The notes under the pieces: model-generated | What the model was told of the DNA's origin: nothing | Databases searched by the model: none | What the model saw: the letters and a program-made list of their open reading frames with translations, nothing else | Virus record (IMG/VR): IMGVR_UViG_3300050821_002122 | Coordinates: 32,001-96,000 of that record | Direction: 5' to 3' (one strand) | Length of the DNA stretch: 64,000 nt | From: a virus | Part shown: piece by piece, positions 37,101 through 46,005 of the stretch | Position numbering within the stretch: position 1 is the stretch's first letter | How the letters are laid out: each line of letters opens with the position of its first letter | Program-made: the position numbers and the translations under genes

Positions 37101-39211
37101 AAAGTGCTAATGGCCTGTACGCTGCGGCGGCTGGTGCGTGGACTCGCGTTGCTGACGCATCGACTGGTGCTAACATTCTGAACTCGATTGTGCTGGTTCT
37201 GAATGGCACTGTCAATGCGCTGACTCAGTGGGCTAATACCAACACAAGCACGATCACGGTTGGTACGACGGCAATCACTTACGGTCAGACGGCCGCAGCA
37301 GGTACTGCTTACACTGCGGGTACTGGCTTGACCCTGACGGGTGCGCAGTTCTCGATCACGAACACTGCGGTAACCCCCGGCACATACACCAAAGTAACGG
37401 TGAATGCGCAAGGCCAGGTAACGTTGGGTGCGTCGCTCGCTAGCGCAGATGTAACAGGCGCGTTGGGCTTCACACCGTATAATGCGACTAACCCTAGCGG
37501 CTACATCAGCGGTAACCAAACCATTACCTACACGGGTGATGCAACTGGTAGTGGTACGACGGCAGTGACGCTGACTCTGGCAGCAAGTGGCGTAACGGCG
37601 GGTACGTACAACAATGTTACCGTCAACGCGAAAGGTTTGGTGACCGGTGGCTCGAACATCGGATACCTGACAGCTAACCAAACGATCACGCTGAGTGGTG
37701 ACGTAACAGGTTCTGGTACTACTGCGATCACTGCTACTCTGGCAAACACCGCAGTGACTGCTGGTTCCTACGGCGATGCAACTCACGTTCCGACGTTCAC
37801 TGTCGATGCGAAAGGTCGCTTGACTGCGGCTGGTAGCGTCGCGATCTCGGCTGGCGTAAGCTCGGTATTCGGACAGACAGGTGCGGTGCCAAACTTGAGT
37901 GGTGACGTAACAACCTCAGGTTCCAGCGCAACGACACTGGCTGCATCTGGTGTTACGGCAGGTACCTATACCAAAGTCACTGTCAACGCGAAAGGTTTGG
38001 TAACGACTGGTGCAGCGCTGGCGTCGTCTGATGTTACGACGGCTCTGGGTTATACTCCGCTGAACAAAGCTGGTGACACCATGAGCGGTGCCTTCAACCA
38101 GGCTCCGACCGTCAACGTTGCGTCTGCTGCTACGACCCTAATCGGTGCTGCGGCTGCGAATGACATCAGCATCACTGGCTCGACGAATATCACAGCATTC
38201 GATACGGCTCCAGCTGGTGCGCTGCGTACTCTGCGCTTCATCAACGGTGGCATGACGATTACCAATAATGGTGCTACCTTGCTGTTGCCGACTGGCGCCA
38301 ATATCACAGTCGCAGCGAACGACCTCGCTGAGTTCTGCTCCAAAGGTAGTGGTGTGTGGGTCTGTAACTGGTACACCCGTGCTTCCGGTGCTGCGTTAGT
38401 AGCCTCCACGGATGCGACGAAGCTGTCGTTGTCCGGCGGTACGATGACCGGTGCCTTGAACAACGCAGCTACCGTAACGTTGGCCTCGGCAGCGACGCTG
38501 AACATTGGCGCTGCGGCTGCGAATGACATTTCAGTTACTGGTACCACCACTATCACTGCGTTCGACACCATTGCAGCAGGTGCTGTTCGCCGTCTGACAT
38601 TCACTGGTATCCTGACGTTGACCTACAATGCAACATCGCTGATTATCCCCGGCGCAGCTAGCGTAACGACGGCTGCTGGCGATACTGCTCAGTTCACGTC
38701 GCTGGGTGGTGGTAACTGGCGCTGCGATGACTACACGAAGGCAAGTGGCCAGGCCTTAGTGGGTGGTGGCAGCCCATTCTCCACTACGCAGGTATTCAAT
38801 GGTTCCACATCAGTGCAAGCCGCCAAATTCACGAACGTTGCTGAGTTGGTACTGGTTACTGCTGCTGTTCCATCGGCTACCTTCAACGTATCGGCTGGCG
38901 CTGTGCAGTTGTTCACGACTGCGGCAACCGCTAACTGGACGTTGAACTTCCAGTATTCGGCTGGTACCACGCTGAATGCAGCAATGGCTGTGGGTGATTC
39001 GATGACAGTGGCTCAGATCACCAATCAGGGCGCAACCGCATTCTTCCCAACGGCGTTCACGATTGATGGTACAACGGTAACTCCTCTGTGGCAAGGTGGT
39101 GTCGCTCCTGCGGCAGGTAATGCAAGTGGTCGCGATGTCTACACGTTCACGATCATCAAAACTGCGGCGTCGACTTACACCGTGTTGGCTGCACAGACCC
39201 AGTATAAATAA
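34121..39211 (+). CDS. Long fibre B2 (1696 aa), paralog of B1
   Basis: Same modules in different copy number: many more shaft repeats, two DRVLVK.QT domains, two 118-aa domains; C-terminal TIIKTAASTYTVLAAQTQYK. Confidence 0.8.
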   Translation: MTTPSQFYYPVTMHRDAAASDTLAPVVMTLPLVQSVEDLVIILLNSVGEQPQGLYVFDGIQWRFAMPMPAVSASIIFASSLDVYINATLDVTLDPSTIVYKNGQQQPGDVITHGNAVYAVRTPPAGGGGGGAVTSVNGQTGTVTINAANLPGLAVVGKTGQYADLIGAPGPYTLPAATTSTLGGVIVSPSGNLSVNGSGTVDISSALLASIASKLNSAVPIGTGTTLIDSVTSGILTLRTITAGSGISLVNSSGTITVAYVPTIATATALGSVIVPSSSNLSVDSMGNIDITGALMTTIAGKLNNVVNSGGGVSVVRSSTGGTGTFKSLAQGSNITIVDDGAGTLTIASTAAGGSVTLTGDVTGSGTSTVATTLAASGVTAGTYTKVTVDAKGRVTVGAALSGTDVNTALGYTPYNGTTNPNGYIAANQAITVTGDATGSGTTAITLTLAASGVTAGTYTKVTVNAKGLVTASSALSAGDINTALGYTAYNGGTNPNGFIAANQTITLSGDATGSGSTAITVALANSGVSAGTYKSVTVNAKGLVTGGTNPTTLAGYGITDALSSLTGGSVAGNITMTSGATVTGLPTPVNPSDAANRSYVDNAIASVASGTSWRNNAQVASTGNLTLSGLQTIDGYTTLANDRVLVKDQTNQTENGVYVAASGAWTRATDTDTGAEIIGMAILVINGTANALSQWINTNTGSIVVGTTNITYTKLQGNGTIYTAGTGLTLTGQVFSITNTGVTAGTYTKVTVNAQGQVTTGAALASSDITTALGFTPYNSTNPSGYISANQTITYTGDATGSGTTAVTLTLAASGVTASTYNNVTVDAKGRVTNGSNVAYLTANQTITVSGDATASGSTTLALTLAASGVTAGTYKSVTVNAKGLVTAGTNPTTLAGFGITDALSTSGGSLTGTITVSGGGAITGLPTPSAASDASTKGYTDGVGTATYNSVSWKLMAAAATTANITLSGLQAIDGYTTLAGDRVLVKNQTTQSANGLYAAAAGAWTRVADASTGANILNSIVLVLNGTVNALTQWANTNTSTITVGTTAITYGQTAAAGTAYTAGTGLTLTGAQFSITNTAVTPGTYTKVTVNAQGQVTLGASLASADVTGALGFTPYNATNPSGYISGNQTITYTGDATGSGTTAVTLTLAASGVTAGTYNNVTVNAKGLVTGGSNIGYLTANQTITLSGDVTGSGTTAITATLANTAVTAGSYGDATHVPTFTVDAKGRLTAAGSVAISAGVSSVFGQTGAVPNLSGDVTTSGSSATTLAASGVTAGTYTKVTVNAKGLVTTGAALASSDVTTALGYTPLNKAGDTMSGAFNQAPTVNVASAATTLIGAAAANDISITGSTNITAFDTAPAGALRTLRFINGGMTITNNGATLLLPTGANITVAANDLAEFCSKGSGVWVCNWYTRASGAALVASTDATKLSLSGGTMTGALNNAATVTLASAATLNIGAAAANDISVTGTTTITAFDTIAAGAVRRLTFTGILTLTYNATSLIIPGAASVTTAAGDTAQFTSLGGGNWRCDDYTKASGQALVGGGSPFSTTQVFNGSTSVQAAKFTNVAELVLVTAAVPSATFNVSAGAVQLFTTAATANWTLNFQYSAGTTLNAAMAVGDSMTVAQITNQGATAFFPTAFTIDGTTVTPLWQGGVAPAAGNASGRDVYTFTIIKTAASTYTVLAAQTQYK

Positions 39212-39219
39212 TGGGTAAT

Positions 39220-39250
39220 GGGAGAAGGGTAGCAATATCCTTCTCCCTTT
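39220..39250 (+). terminator. Hairpin/attenuator between fibre B2 and P4
   Basis: GGGAGAAGGGTA-GCAA-TATCCTTCTCCC then TTTC (short U-tract). Confidence 0.6.
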
Positions 39251-39271
39251 CACACAGAAAGAGAGTAAATT

Positions 39272-40150
39272 ATGCCAGTTATAGCAGCACGTGGGGCGTT
39301 CGCAGCCAGGGCATATGGTTCTTACGCTATCCCGACTTTAGTACAAGGTAGCCAGGGAGTATTTGCCTCATACTCCGGTTTCGCGCATGTGGTGAAATAT
39401 CTGTTTGGTAACGATGCCATAGCGTCCTCGACAGCAAGTTCAGCAGCGTCTAGTTACGGGGGTGCGATCAGTAACTACTCGGAAGGCATCTACGTGCTTG
39501 GTAATGGATCAGCCATTACCCGTAAATACACCTTTGCGTTTGATCGTATTATGGTGGGCGTATCGCTATCCAATGCACCAGGTGTTGGTTCTGGTTGTGG
39601 TAACTCGACTGGTGGTGTGTTCGCTATAGCCATACATGGTGTGCTGTCCAACAAATACACTTATGCTGGTGACGTAGTAGCTGCTGGTGGCTCATTCACT
39701 GCTGGTACGTACTATGGTGCCAGCGCTGGCACCTCAACATTCGGTATCTTCGCCCTTGGTAACACTACGACCACTACGAACGTCTACACATACAGTGGTG
39801 ACTCAGTGGCAGGAGGTACTGCGTTGACCACTGCCACCATCGCTGGTTGTGCTGTTGGCAACTCTACTGTGGGTGTATTCAGCATGGGTAACGCGCTGAC
39901 CACGACCAGTACTTACACTTACAGTGGTAGTACGGTTGCCGCTGGAACCGCACTTACAGCAGCCGCATCGTCAAACATGGCAGCCGGTAACGATACGGAA
40001 GGCATCATAGCCATCAGCAATTCCACAACAACCATGAATAAATATACGTATAGTGGCAACTCTGTGGCTACCGCAACTGCACTGTCTGTTGCACCCCCTA
40101 ACCAAAATGCCGCTGGTATGTCCAATGGTATAACTGGCGTCACCGCCTAA
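39272..40150 (+). CDS. Six-repeat beta-propeller-like protein P4
   Basis: Most regular repeats (GIF.LGN.TTTTN.YTYSGD.V..GTAL); follows fibre B2. Confidence 0.65.
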   Translation: MPVIAARGAFAARAYGSYAIPTLVQGSQGVFASYSGFAHVVKYLFGNDAIASSTASSAASSYGGAISNYSEGIYVLGNGSAITRKYTFAFDRIMVGVSLSNAPGVGSGCGNSTGGVFAIAIHGVLSNKYTYAGDVVAAGGSFTAGTYYGASAGTSTFGIFALGNTTTTTNVYTYSGDSVAGGTALTTATIAGCAVGNSTVGVFSMGNALTTTSTYTYSGSTVAAGTALTAAASSNMAAGNDTEGIIAISNSTTTMNKYTYSGNSVATATALSVAPPNQNAAGMSNGITGVTA

Positions 40151-40166
40151 TCAGAAAGGAAAGACA

Positions 40167-40733
40167 ATGACCACGTATTCCGCATTAGTGTATCCTCTGA
40201 CGCAACCAGGTCAACCGTATTCTCGCCCGGACACGCCACCGACGTTTGGTAACCTGTACGGAGTGTCGCCGACCTGGAATCCATATTCAGCGAACGATGT
40301 GGATCGTACAGAATATTGGGAGGACACTGCAGGCACGCTGACTGAATCGCAGGTTATTCTCATGCTGTTTGGCCTGACGGGTGTACAGAATCAACAGATC
40401 GAGATATTGACCCAAGCGTACCAGAATGCCATTATTCAGCCAGTAGCGTATACCAGTGTTGGGGGTGTGGCACAGACCTATCAGGCTGATCTGGCATCGC
40501 AGCAGAATGTGTTGTACTCGATTGCAGGCTCCGCTGCCACCCAGACCACTCCGCAAGGTTTTTATTGGGTTGCTGCTGATAATACGCAAGTGCCGTTCAC
40601 GTATGCCGATCTGCAAGGTTTGGCTGCTGCGATGTTGGCCCAAGGTGCTCCTGCGTTTGCACGTTTGCAGGCACGCAAGGCCTCGGTACGCAATGCGCAG
40701 AACGTGGACCAAGCCCGCATGATTGTCTGGTAA
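40167..40733 (+). CDS. DUF4376-like tail-fibre-associated protein
   Basis: TYQAD..SQQN, WVAADNTQVPFT..DLQGL, ends IVW. Confidence 0.65.
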   Translation: MTTYSALVYPLTQPGQPYSRPDTPPTFGNLYGVSPTWNPYSANDVDRTEYWEDTAGTLTESQVILMLFGLTGVQNQQIEILTQAYQNAIIQPVAYTSVGGVAQTYQADLASQQNVLYSIAGSAATQTTPQGFYWVAADNTQVPFTYADLQGLAAAMLAQGAPAFARLQARKASVRNAQNVDQARMIVW

Positions 40734-40743
40734 AGGAACGATC

Positions 40744-40968
40744 ATGGATTTCGGAGATGAGGGACAAGAAATAACTGAGAACTTACGCGCTGACGCAATA
40801 GCAAAGGTAAGGAGTGAGGCAAGGACCAACAAGTTTCCGATTACCGGCACTTGCTACAATCCTTTATGTGGCGACGATTCGCCTGATCGACCATTCTGTA
40901 GTAAGGAATGTCGGGACGAGTATGATCGAGTCGAAGTCCTGAACAGGAGAAACGGCCATGGCCACTAA
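40744..40968 (+). CDS. Small zinc-ribbon protein (DksA/TraR-like or DUF2116-like)
   Basis: TGTCYNPLC...FCSKECRDEY; AAGGA RBS before ATG 40744. Confidence 0.6.
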   Translation: MDFGDEGQEITENLRADAIAKVRSEARTNKFPITGTCYNPLCGDDSPDRPFCSKECRDEYDRVEVLNRRNGHGH

Positions 40969-41344
40969 TAATATTATCGGTACTCCGAGTCCACCCATGA
41001 GCCTTGGCTTGCAGTTGGGTGTTATGAAGGGGCGCAATCAGATACAGCGAAACATCGGTACGTTCAGCGCGTTGTACGAAGCAACAGGTAGCCGTATCGC
41101 GGCCGATTACGTGGAGCTAGGGCCTGGTCAGATATACCAGTCCAATGCGAATGAGCAGATAACACGCCTCGTTGTATCCACTAGCGGGTCGCTGGCATTC
41201 GTGGGATTCAAGGGCACAGCAGAGATTGATCTTACCGTCAGTCAAATGCTGGTCTTGGACGATACGTTGACCTCGTTCTCATTGGCGAATAACGGCACTG
41301 TCCTGATTCGCCTTGAAGTAGATTACGTAGCGGTACCGACGTAA
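40958..41344 (+). CDS. Hypothetical beta-rich protein
   Basis: 128 aa, GGAG RBS, followed by terminator. Confidence 0.6.
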   Translation: MATNNIIGTPSPPMSLGLQLGVMKGRNQIQRNIGTFSALYEATGSRIAADYVELGPGQIYQSNANEQITRLVVSTSGSLAFVGFKGTAEIDLTVSQMLVLDDTLTSFSLANNGTVLIRLEVDYVAVPT

Positions 41345-41345
41345 G

Positions 41346-41380
41346 AAAGGGGACGATCATTCAAGATGATCGTCCCCTTT
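41346..41380. terminator. Bidirectional intrinsic terminator
   Basis: Perfect 15-bp inverted repeat AAAGGGGACGATCAT-tcaag-ATGATCGTCCCCTTT at the convergence point. Confidence 0.88.
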
Positions 41381-41381
41381 G

Positions 41382-41639
41382 TCATACTCGCCTGAATTTC
41401 TCTGCGAAGTCGGACTCTGTAAAACTTCTGCAAATCCCACTAGGGTAGACTACTATCCAATCCCCTTCACTTATGACCTGAGTGGTTAGTCTGCGAAAGG
41501 TATTGGCCAATACTCCACGCTGTATGGATTTACCAAATACATGAGTTGACCAGACATTGCTTATCAGACCGCCGTAGGTTTCAATTCCATTCCAGCGCTC
41601 TGCCCAAACGTTGACTGGTACCGAAACGAACTGATCCAC
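41382..41639 (-). CDS. Hypothetical protein
   Basis: 85 aa; EGDWIV.YPSG...F..DFAEKF resembles common small phage proteins. Confidence 0.6.
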   Translation of the reverse strand: MDQFVSVPVNVWAERWNGIETYGGLISNVWSTHVFGKSIQRGVLANTFRRLTTQVISEGDWIVVYPSGICRSFTESDFAEKFRRV

Positions 41640-41649
41640 GGCTTAGCCC

Positions 41650-41937
41650 TTATTGCGGCAGCTGAACGATGTGGATGCCAGTCGTAACGCCACCAACAAC
41701 GGTCACGTCTTGCGTGTCCGTCAGGCTGCCTGAAGTGGCGGTAACTTGCAGCGTGCCGGCCATGGAGCCGGTGATCACTGCGGTTTTGCCATCAGCCGAT
41801 GGAACGATGGTTGCCTTGGTGGCATCCGATACCGTCCAGGTTACTGCGCCCGGCAGTTCGCCGGTTGGGTTGCCAGCAGCATCTGCGTCCAGAGTCAGAC
41901 CCAGGGTAACTGCTACGCCGGAAGTGAGGTTGATCAT
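41650..41937 (-). CDS. Single Ig-like (Big_2-type) domain protein; alternative in-frame start at 42048
   Basis: VTWTVSDATKATIV...AVITG..AGT.QVTATSG; AAGGA RBS before both starts. Confidence 0.65.
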   Translation of the reverse strand: MINLTSGVAVTLGLTLDADAAGNPTGELPGAVTWTVSDATKATIVPSADGKTAVITGSMAGTLQVTATSGSLTDTQDVTVVGGVTTGIHIVQLPQ

Positions 41938-42057
41938 TTTGATTCCTTTGAAGAGAAGACCAGGCGCTTTATAGACAATATGCAATGGGCCGCCCTTACA
42001 CCCAGTACATAATATGTGGCTAAGCCACATAAAGAGATTACAGAACATGATGTTTCC

Positions 42058-43698
42058 TTACCATGTGAGGTTACAGAGACCGTCAGAACCATCGCCACCT
42101 TTACCGCCAGCACCAGTAGACGTGGATATATAGCAAGCGCTGCCACCTCCACCACCCGCGCAGTTGCCAGCAGCATCCCCACCTGGTATACCTGCAGGAC
42201 CTGTTGCTCCGCGTGCCGCTGCACCGCCAGTACCGAATTGTGAACTCGCACCAGGACCACCTGCGCTGCCGAAGTAACCATCAGTGCCATCAGTACCACC
42301 TGGATTGCCACCAGCACCACCTGCACCTGATGCGCCACTCGGTGGACCAAATCCAGCACCTCCGCTAGCACCTTGACCACCGTTTAGCGTAAGTACTACC
42401 ACGCTGTTTACCGTAATTATTGTGGCGGCTCCGCTAGTACCGGCTGCACCATTGCCGCCTGGTGCAATACCACCAGCACCACCAAGGCCTTTTGCGCCTA
42501 CGGTAATGACCACGTTGTCACCAGGATTAACAGGAATAGTGACCCCAGTGGCTGTTTCAGCTACCCCACCTCCACCTCCGCCCCCACCAGCATTATATTC
42601 AGTACCTGGGGTGTGGTCCGGCGTTACGCCTGCGCCAGCGCCGCCAGCGCCACCTCCACCGCCGCCTGCGTCTGCATAGAGGAAATTGACTCCTGCTGGA
42701 ACGGTGAAGTTATAGGTGCCTGCCGTGGTGTGGGATAGCGACCTGGCAAGCACTGCTGCATGATCGATAGTCAGCGATAAAGTCGCCGTAGGACCGCTCA
42801 AAATCACCTGGCCAGTAGTGTCTCCGGTGACTATTAGCGTCGTCTGTAGTATGTCATTACAGAAGATAGCTATATTAGAACCCACCACAGGAGGTATATC
42901 CGTCAGCGCTGTGGTGAAGTGGAATGTTTGGTTGCCACCACTGGAGGTTACCGAACTGCATGCCCTCATATAGCCGTCTTCCGTCTCGATCACGTAGTTA
43001 CGTGGAGTAGACGTATTGTTGACGTTGATTTGAGCCGCAACGGTCACATCATTCAATGTGCCGCCTGTAACGATAGGCGTTGCCACCAGATGGTAGTTTG
43101 TACCCATGGACCAATGAGTATCTGTAGCCTGGTGAATCCATGACGAGTTGCCATTAGCATCCAGTTCACGCACCAGTATGGAAGGTATGTCCGGGTTCGC
43201 CGAAAGCGCAGGCGGATAGACATCGGCCCAGTGATCGACCTCCCAGATCATTGGAGGTTCTGCCATCAGTGTGTCGACCTTGAAGATCGCAACCGGCTGT
43301 GTCAGCTTGATCAGGCAATGGAACGTGTAGGTCGACAGTACATTGGTACCCAGGCTGCTGTATTTCGTTTGTTGAACGGCGAATGCAGCCTTTGCAAACA
43401 TCACGGGACCTGCAATGTCCAAAGCCACTTCACCGAAATTGAATGGACCGGCATCGGCTGGTATCTTGCAAATGACGTCCAGCGTATTGTCACCCACATA
43501 TTTGTAGGTCGAAGGTACACCGCTATAAAGCAGAGTACCATTCAGATCGGTATCCGTCGGCAGCGGATCGTAGCCGAACGCAGAACCTACCCTGAAACCT
43601 ATGATATTCACAAACGGACCAGTAGGGGTAGCTACTTCGGCCGCTGCCATACCGACGTTGGTGATAATCAGAAGGGGTGCTGTGAGAGGATCACTCAT
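42058..43698 (-). CDS. Baseplate-attached short fibre (DUF3751-like N-terminus, Gly-rich C-terminus)
   Basis: N-terminus related to A1/A2 (GPFNFGEVAL); GGGGGG-rich tail. Confidence 0.7.
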   Translation of the reverse strand: MSDPLTAPLLIITNVGMAAAEVATPTGPFVNIIGFRVGSAFGYDPLPTDTDLNGTLLYSGVPSTYKYVGDNTLDVICKIPADAGPFNFGEVALDIAGPVMFAKAAFAVQQTKYSSLGTNVLSTYTFHCLIKLTQPVAIFKVDTLMAEPPMIWEVDHWADVYPPALSANPDIPSILVRELDANGNSSWIHQATDTHWSMGTNYHLVATPIVTGGTLNDVTVAAQINVNNTSTPRNYVIETEDGYMRACSSVTSSGGNQTFHFTTALTDIPPVVGSNIAIFCNDILQTTLIVTGDTTGQVILSGPTATLSLTIDHAAVLARSLSHTTAGTYNFTVPAGVNFLYADAGGGGGGAGGAGAGVTPDHTPGTEYNAGGGGGGGGVAETATGVTIPVNPGDNVVITVGAKGLGGAGGIAPGGNGAAGTSGAATIITVNSVVVLTLNGGQGASGGAGFGPPSGASGAGGAGGNPGGTDGTDGYFGSAGGPGASSQFGTGGAAARGATGPAGIPGGDAAGNCAGGGGGSACYISTSTGAGGKGGDGSDGLCNLTW

Positions 43699-43721
43699 TA
43701 TTTATTCCTTTGTTGTAGCAA

Positions 43722-44795
43722 TCAGAACAAACGTCCCGAAATGCAGTTGAGTGGACGGTTCTGTTGGTCCCGAGTTAAATTGAAGAAGTAGTTTGCGAGA
43801 CCAAAGCTCGGGTCTTGCAGAGTTGGGTACGTACCCAACGAAGTCGATGTGCCGACCGGGTCGCTCGCTATATCGCTCCAGCTTAGGTTCATGATACCCG
43901 TACCTGGTGCTCCGCCAAAGATTTCCAACCCGCCTTCATGAATAGCCCTATAATCAGGATAGAATTTGAAGAACCACTTACGGGCAAGCAGATTAGGCGT
44001 AGAGGTCGCGTCCGTTACCAATATGCCGTTGATTCGGAATTGCGAACAGCGTTGATACACAAAGCCCCATGCACCACATTCCCAACCCATCAGACCAAAA
44101 ACTGTCGTGTTGTCCGTGATATTGATAACACTACCGAACAACTGCAAATTAGATCGCGTACCTTGCCCAGCGGTAATGAAATCTACAGCACCAGTTGCAT
44201 GGGCACCACTTGGCAAATTAATCCAGACGCCCATAAGAATAACTTGACTATCTATGTTGCTAGGGCTTGCAATAAGAATGATACCAGCTTGACCACTCGA
44301 ACCAACATCAATGCCTACATTGATAATTGGCCTCTGAAGATCTGACATGTCACATGGTCGAGTAGTGCCATTGGCAAGCGGACCATCGAAGTCTCCGTAT
44401 TGGGGATCACCATAAAAGGTCAATTGTATGGTACCATAGCACGGGAAACTGTCGACAGTAGTGAATGTCTCACCAGCTTTCAATGCTATTATGGTAGATG
44501 CGTTAAAAAACCCGTTGGCCAAATCGATCAGGTGATGGAGTGTAAAATCAAGGGTCTTAAATGGCAGAGCCTTACTACCGTCGTTGGGAGCACCATCAAT
44601 ACCAGCTGCCGCAACATAGTACACCTGCTTTAGCAGTAATGGTCCTGCGTATAGGCCATCAGGATTATTGCGAAGCAGATTGTAGAATACACCGCTCAAA
44701 GGTACTGCGCTGGAATCCAACGCTTCGCCCGTACTGAGAGGGCGATGAGTTGCTGTTGCGTTGTCGTAGACTACGGGTGGGAGTATAGTGGGCAT
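43722..44795 (-). CDS. Virion structural protein, baseplate region
   Basis: 357 aa, beta-rich, inside baseplate operon. Confidence 0.55.
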   Translation of the reverse strand: MPTILPPVVYDNATATHRPLSTGEALDSSAVPLSGVFYNLLRNNPDGLYAGPLLLKQVYYVAAAGIDGAPNDGSKALPFKTLDFTLHHLIDLANGFFNASTIIALKAGETFTTVDSFPCYGTIQLTFYGDPQYGDFDGPLANGTTRPCDMSDLQRPIINVGIDVGSSGQAGIILIASPSNIDSQVILMGVWINLPSGAHATGAVDFITAGQGTRSNLQLFGSVINITDNTTVFGLMGWECGAWGFVYQRCSQFRINGILVTDATSTPNLLARKWFFKFYPDYRAIHEGGLEIFGGAPGTGIMNLSWSDIASDPVGTSTSLGTYPTLQDPSFGLANYFFNLTRDQQNRPLNCISGRLF

Positions 44796-44796
44796 A

Positions 44797-46005
44797 TTAG
44801 TTCCAGTACGGGGCGAATTGACCTGGGGCGACTTCGTAGAAGCCAGCAGGATTGGTTAAGAGTTTTCTGCGGTGCACACCAACACAACGAGCGCTTACTG
44901 CAACACCGTCTAATACCGTGAAACTGGATGTTCCGAACACAGGTATGCTTGAGCCAGTTGCCGTAAAGCCACTGATTTTGTACCACGTTACTGGACCGTA
45001 CACCAGATCATACTTGTTACCGGGTTTAGGATCACCGTAAAGCTGAATACCGATATCGCCTTCTACGGTTACATGCTGCGCCGAATTGGAATAGACCGGA
45101 GCCTTCATCGTATGTGCATCGTCAAGATACATCCAACCCGTTGGCTCTCCCAGTAGGAGCGCTGTCGAGAAGTCAGCAGGCACGCTATTCATTGCGTAAT
45201 AAGTAGTCGGCAGCTCATTAGTATTGAGAATATTTACATCTGGTGGCGTGGCACCGTTATTCTTGATGTTGGATATGACCACGTTCTCCATGCCGAAAAG
45301 TGCCATACCAACTATATCCGCAGTCTCTTTGGTCACGGCATCCACAACCTTCATATTGAATGAGGCATCGATGGCGATCAGCACGAGATTGTAGTTAGCG
45401 ATCTCGTAGAAGAACGACTGCAGGGTGCGGATATCCAGACCGCCGAGACCGCCGTAGGCCTCTATCAGAACGTGCGTTGTAGGATACCAAGTACCACCAG
45501 CCCAGATCGGTGTGCCAATCGAGGGATCGCCCTCTGATACGAAGGTCACGTAATCCTCAGTCCATTGATTCTGAATCTGAAGATCAGAGCCCAGGCAGTA
45601 GTTGATGAAGTCCATGAAACCCTGCGTGCCTTTGCCGAACCAGTAGATGCCAACGAATCGAGCAATCGTCTGGTACGCATCATCACTAACAACACCAGCA
45701 TTGTGCAGATTCATGCCCAGCATATTGACTGTTTTGGTTATTAAGTCTCGATCTGGTAGTGACCACGCATCCGCAGGTACGAGTTGCTGACTCTCCACAG
45801 ATATCTCTGTCTGTGGATTTTGAATCCACATATTTCTGATGTTAGATATGATCGAAATTTTATCGTCCACTGCAGGCCCCATTACAGCATCTATAGCGTC
45901 TGTATAAGCAACGAAATAGGGATTGCTACTAAGATACGGGGGAAGTAAGGTTGATCTTGGTATTTTTATACCATCACGCTGATTCTGTTTGTATGATTCT
46001 TCCAT
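44797..46005 (-). CDS. Baseplate wedge subunit (gp7/P2 gpI-like)
   Basis: LLPPYL start, IYWFGKGT..FMDF motif, follows gp6-like gene. Confidence 0.55.
   Translation of the reverse strand: MEESYKQNQRDGIKIPRSTLLPPYLSSNPYFVAYTDAIDAVMGPAVDDKISIISNIRNMWIQNPQTEISVESQQLVPADAWSLPDRDLITKTVNMLGMNLHNAGVVSDDAYQTIARFVGIYWFGKGTQGFMDFINYCLGSDLQIQNQWTEDYVTFVSEGDPSIGTPIWAGGTWYPTTHVLIEAYGGLGGLDIRTLQSFFYEIANYNLVLIAIDASFNMKVVDAVTKETADIVGMALFGMENVVISNIKNNGATPPDVNILNTNELPTTYYAMNSVPADFSTALLLGEPTGWMYLDDAHTMKAPVYSNSAQHVTVEGDIGIQLYGDPKPGNKYDLVYGPVTWYKISGFTATGSSIPVFGTSSFTVLDGVAVSARCVGVHRRKLLTNPAGFYEVAPGQFAPYWN

Noticed and set aside
28501-38970. Long antisense ORFs over fibre genes (e.g. 28501..29241, 33974..34603, 37061..37786)
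   Set aside because: Expected from biased Thr/Gly/Ala/Val codons on the sense strand; no independent signals
39203-39210. Exact T4 late promoter TATAAATA
   Set aside because: Formed by the last codons of fibre B2 (TAT AAA TAA), single copy, and followed by a terminator-like hairpin
16208-40150. Diversity-generating retroelement or invertible fibre cassette
   Set aside because: No reverse transcriptase, no TR/VR pair differing only at adenines, no recombinase or flanking inverted sites seen in this window
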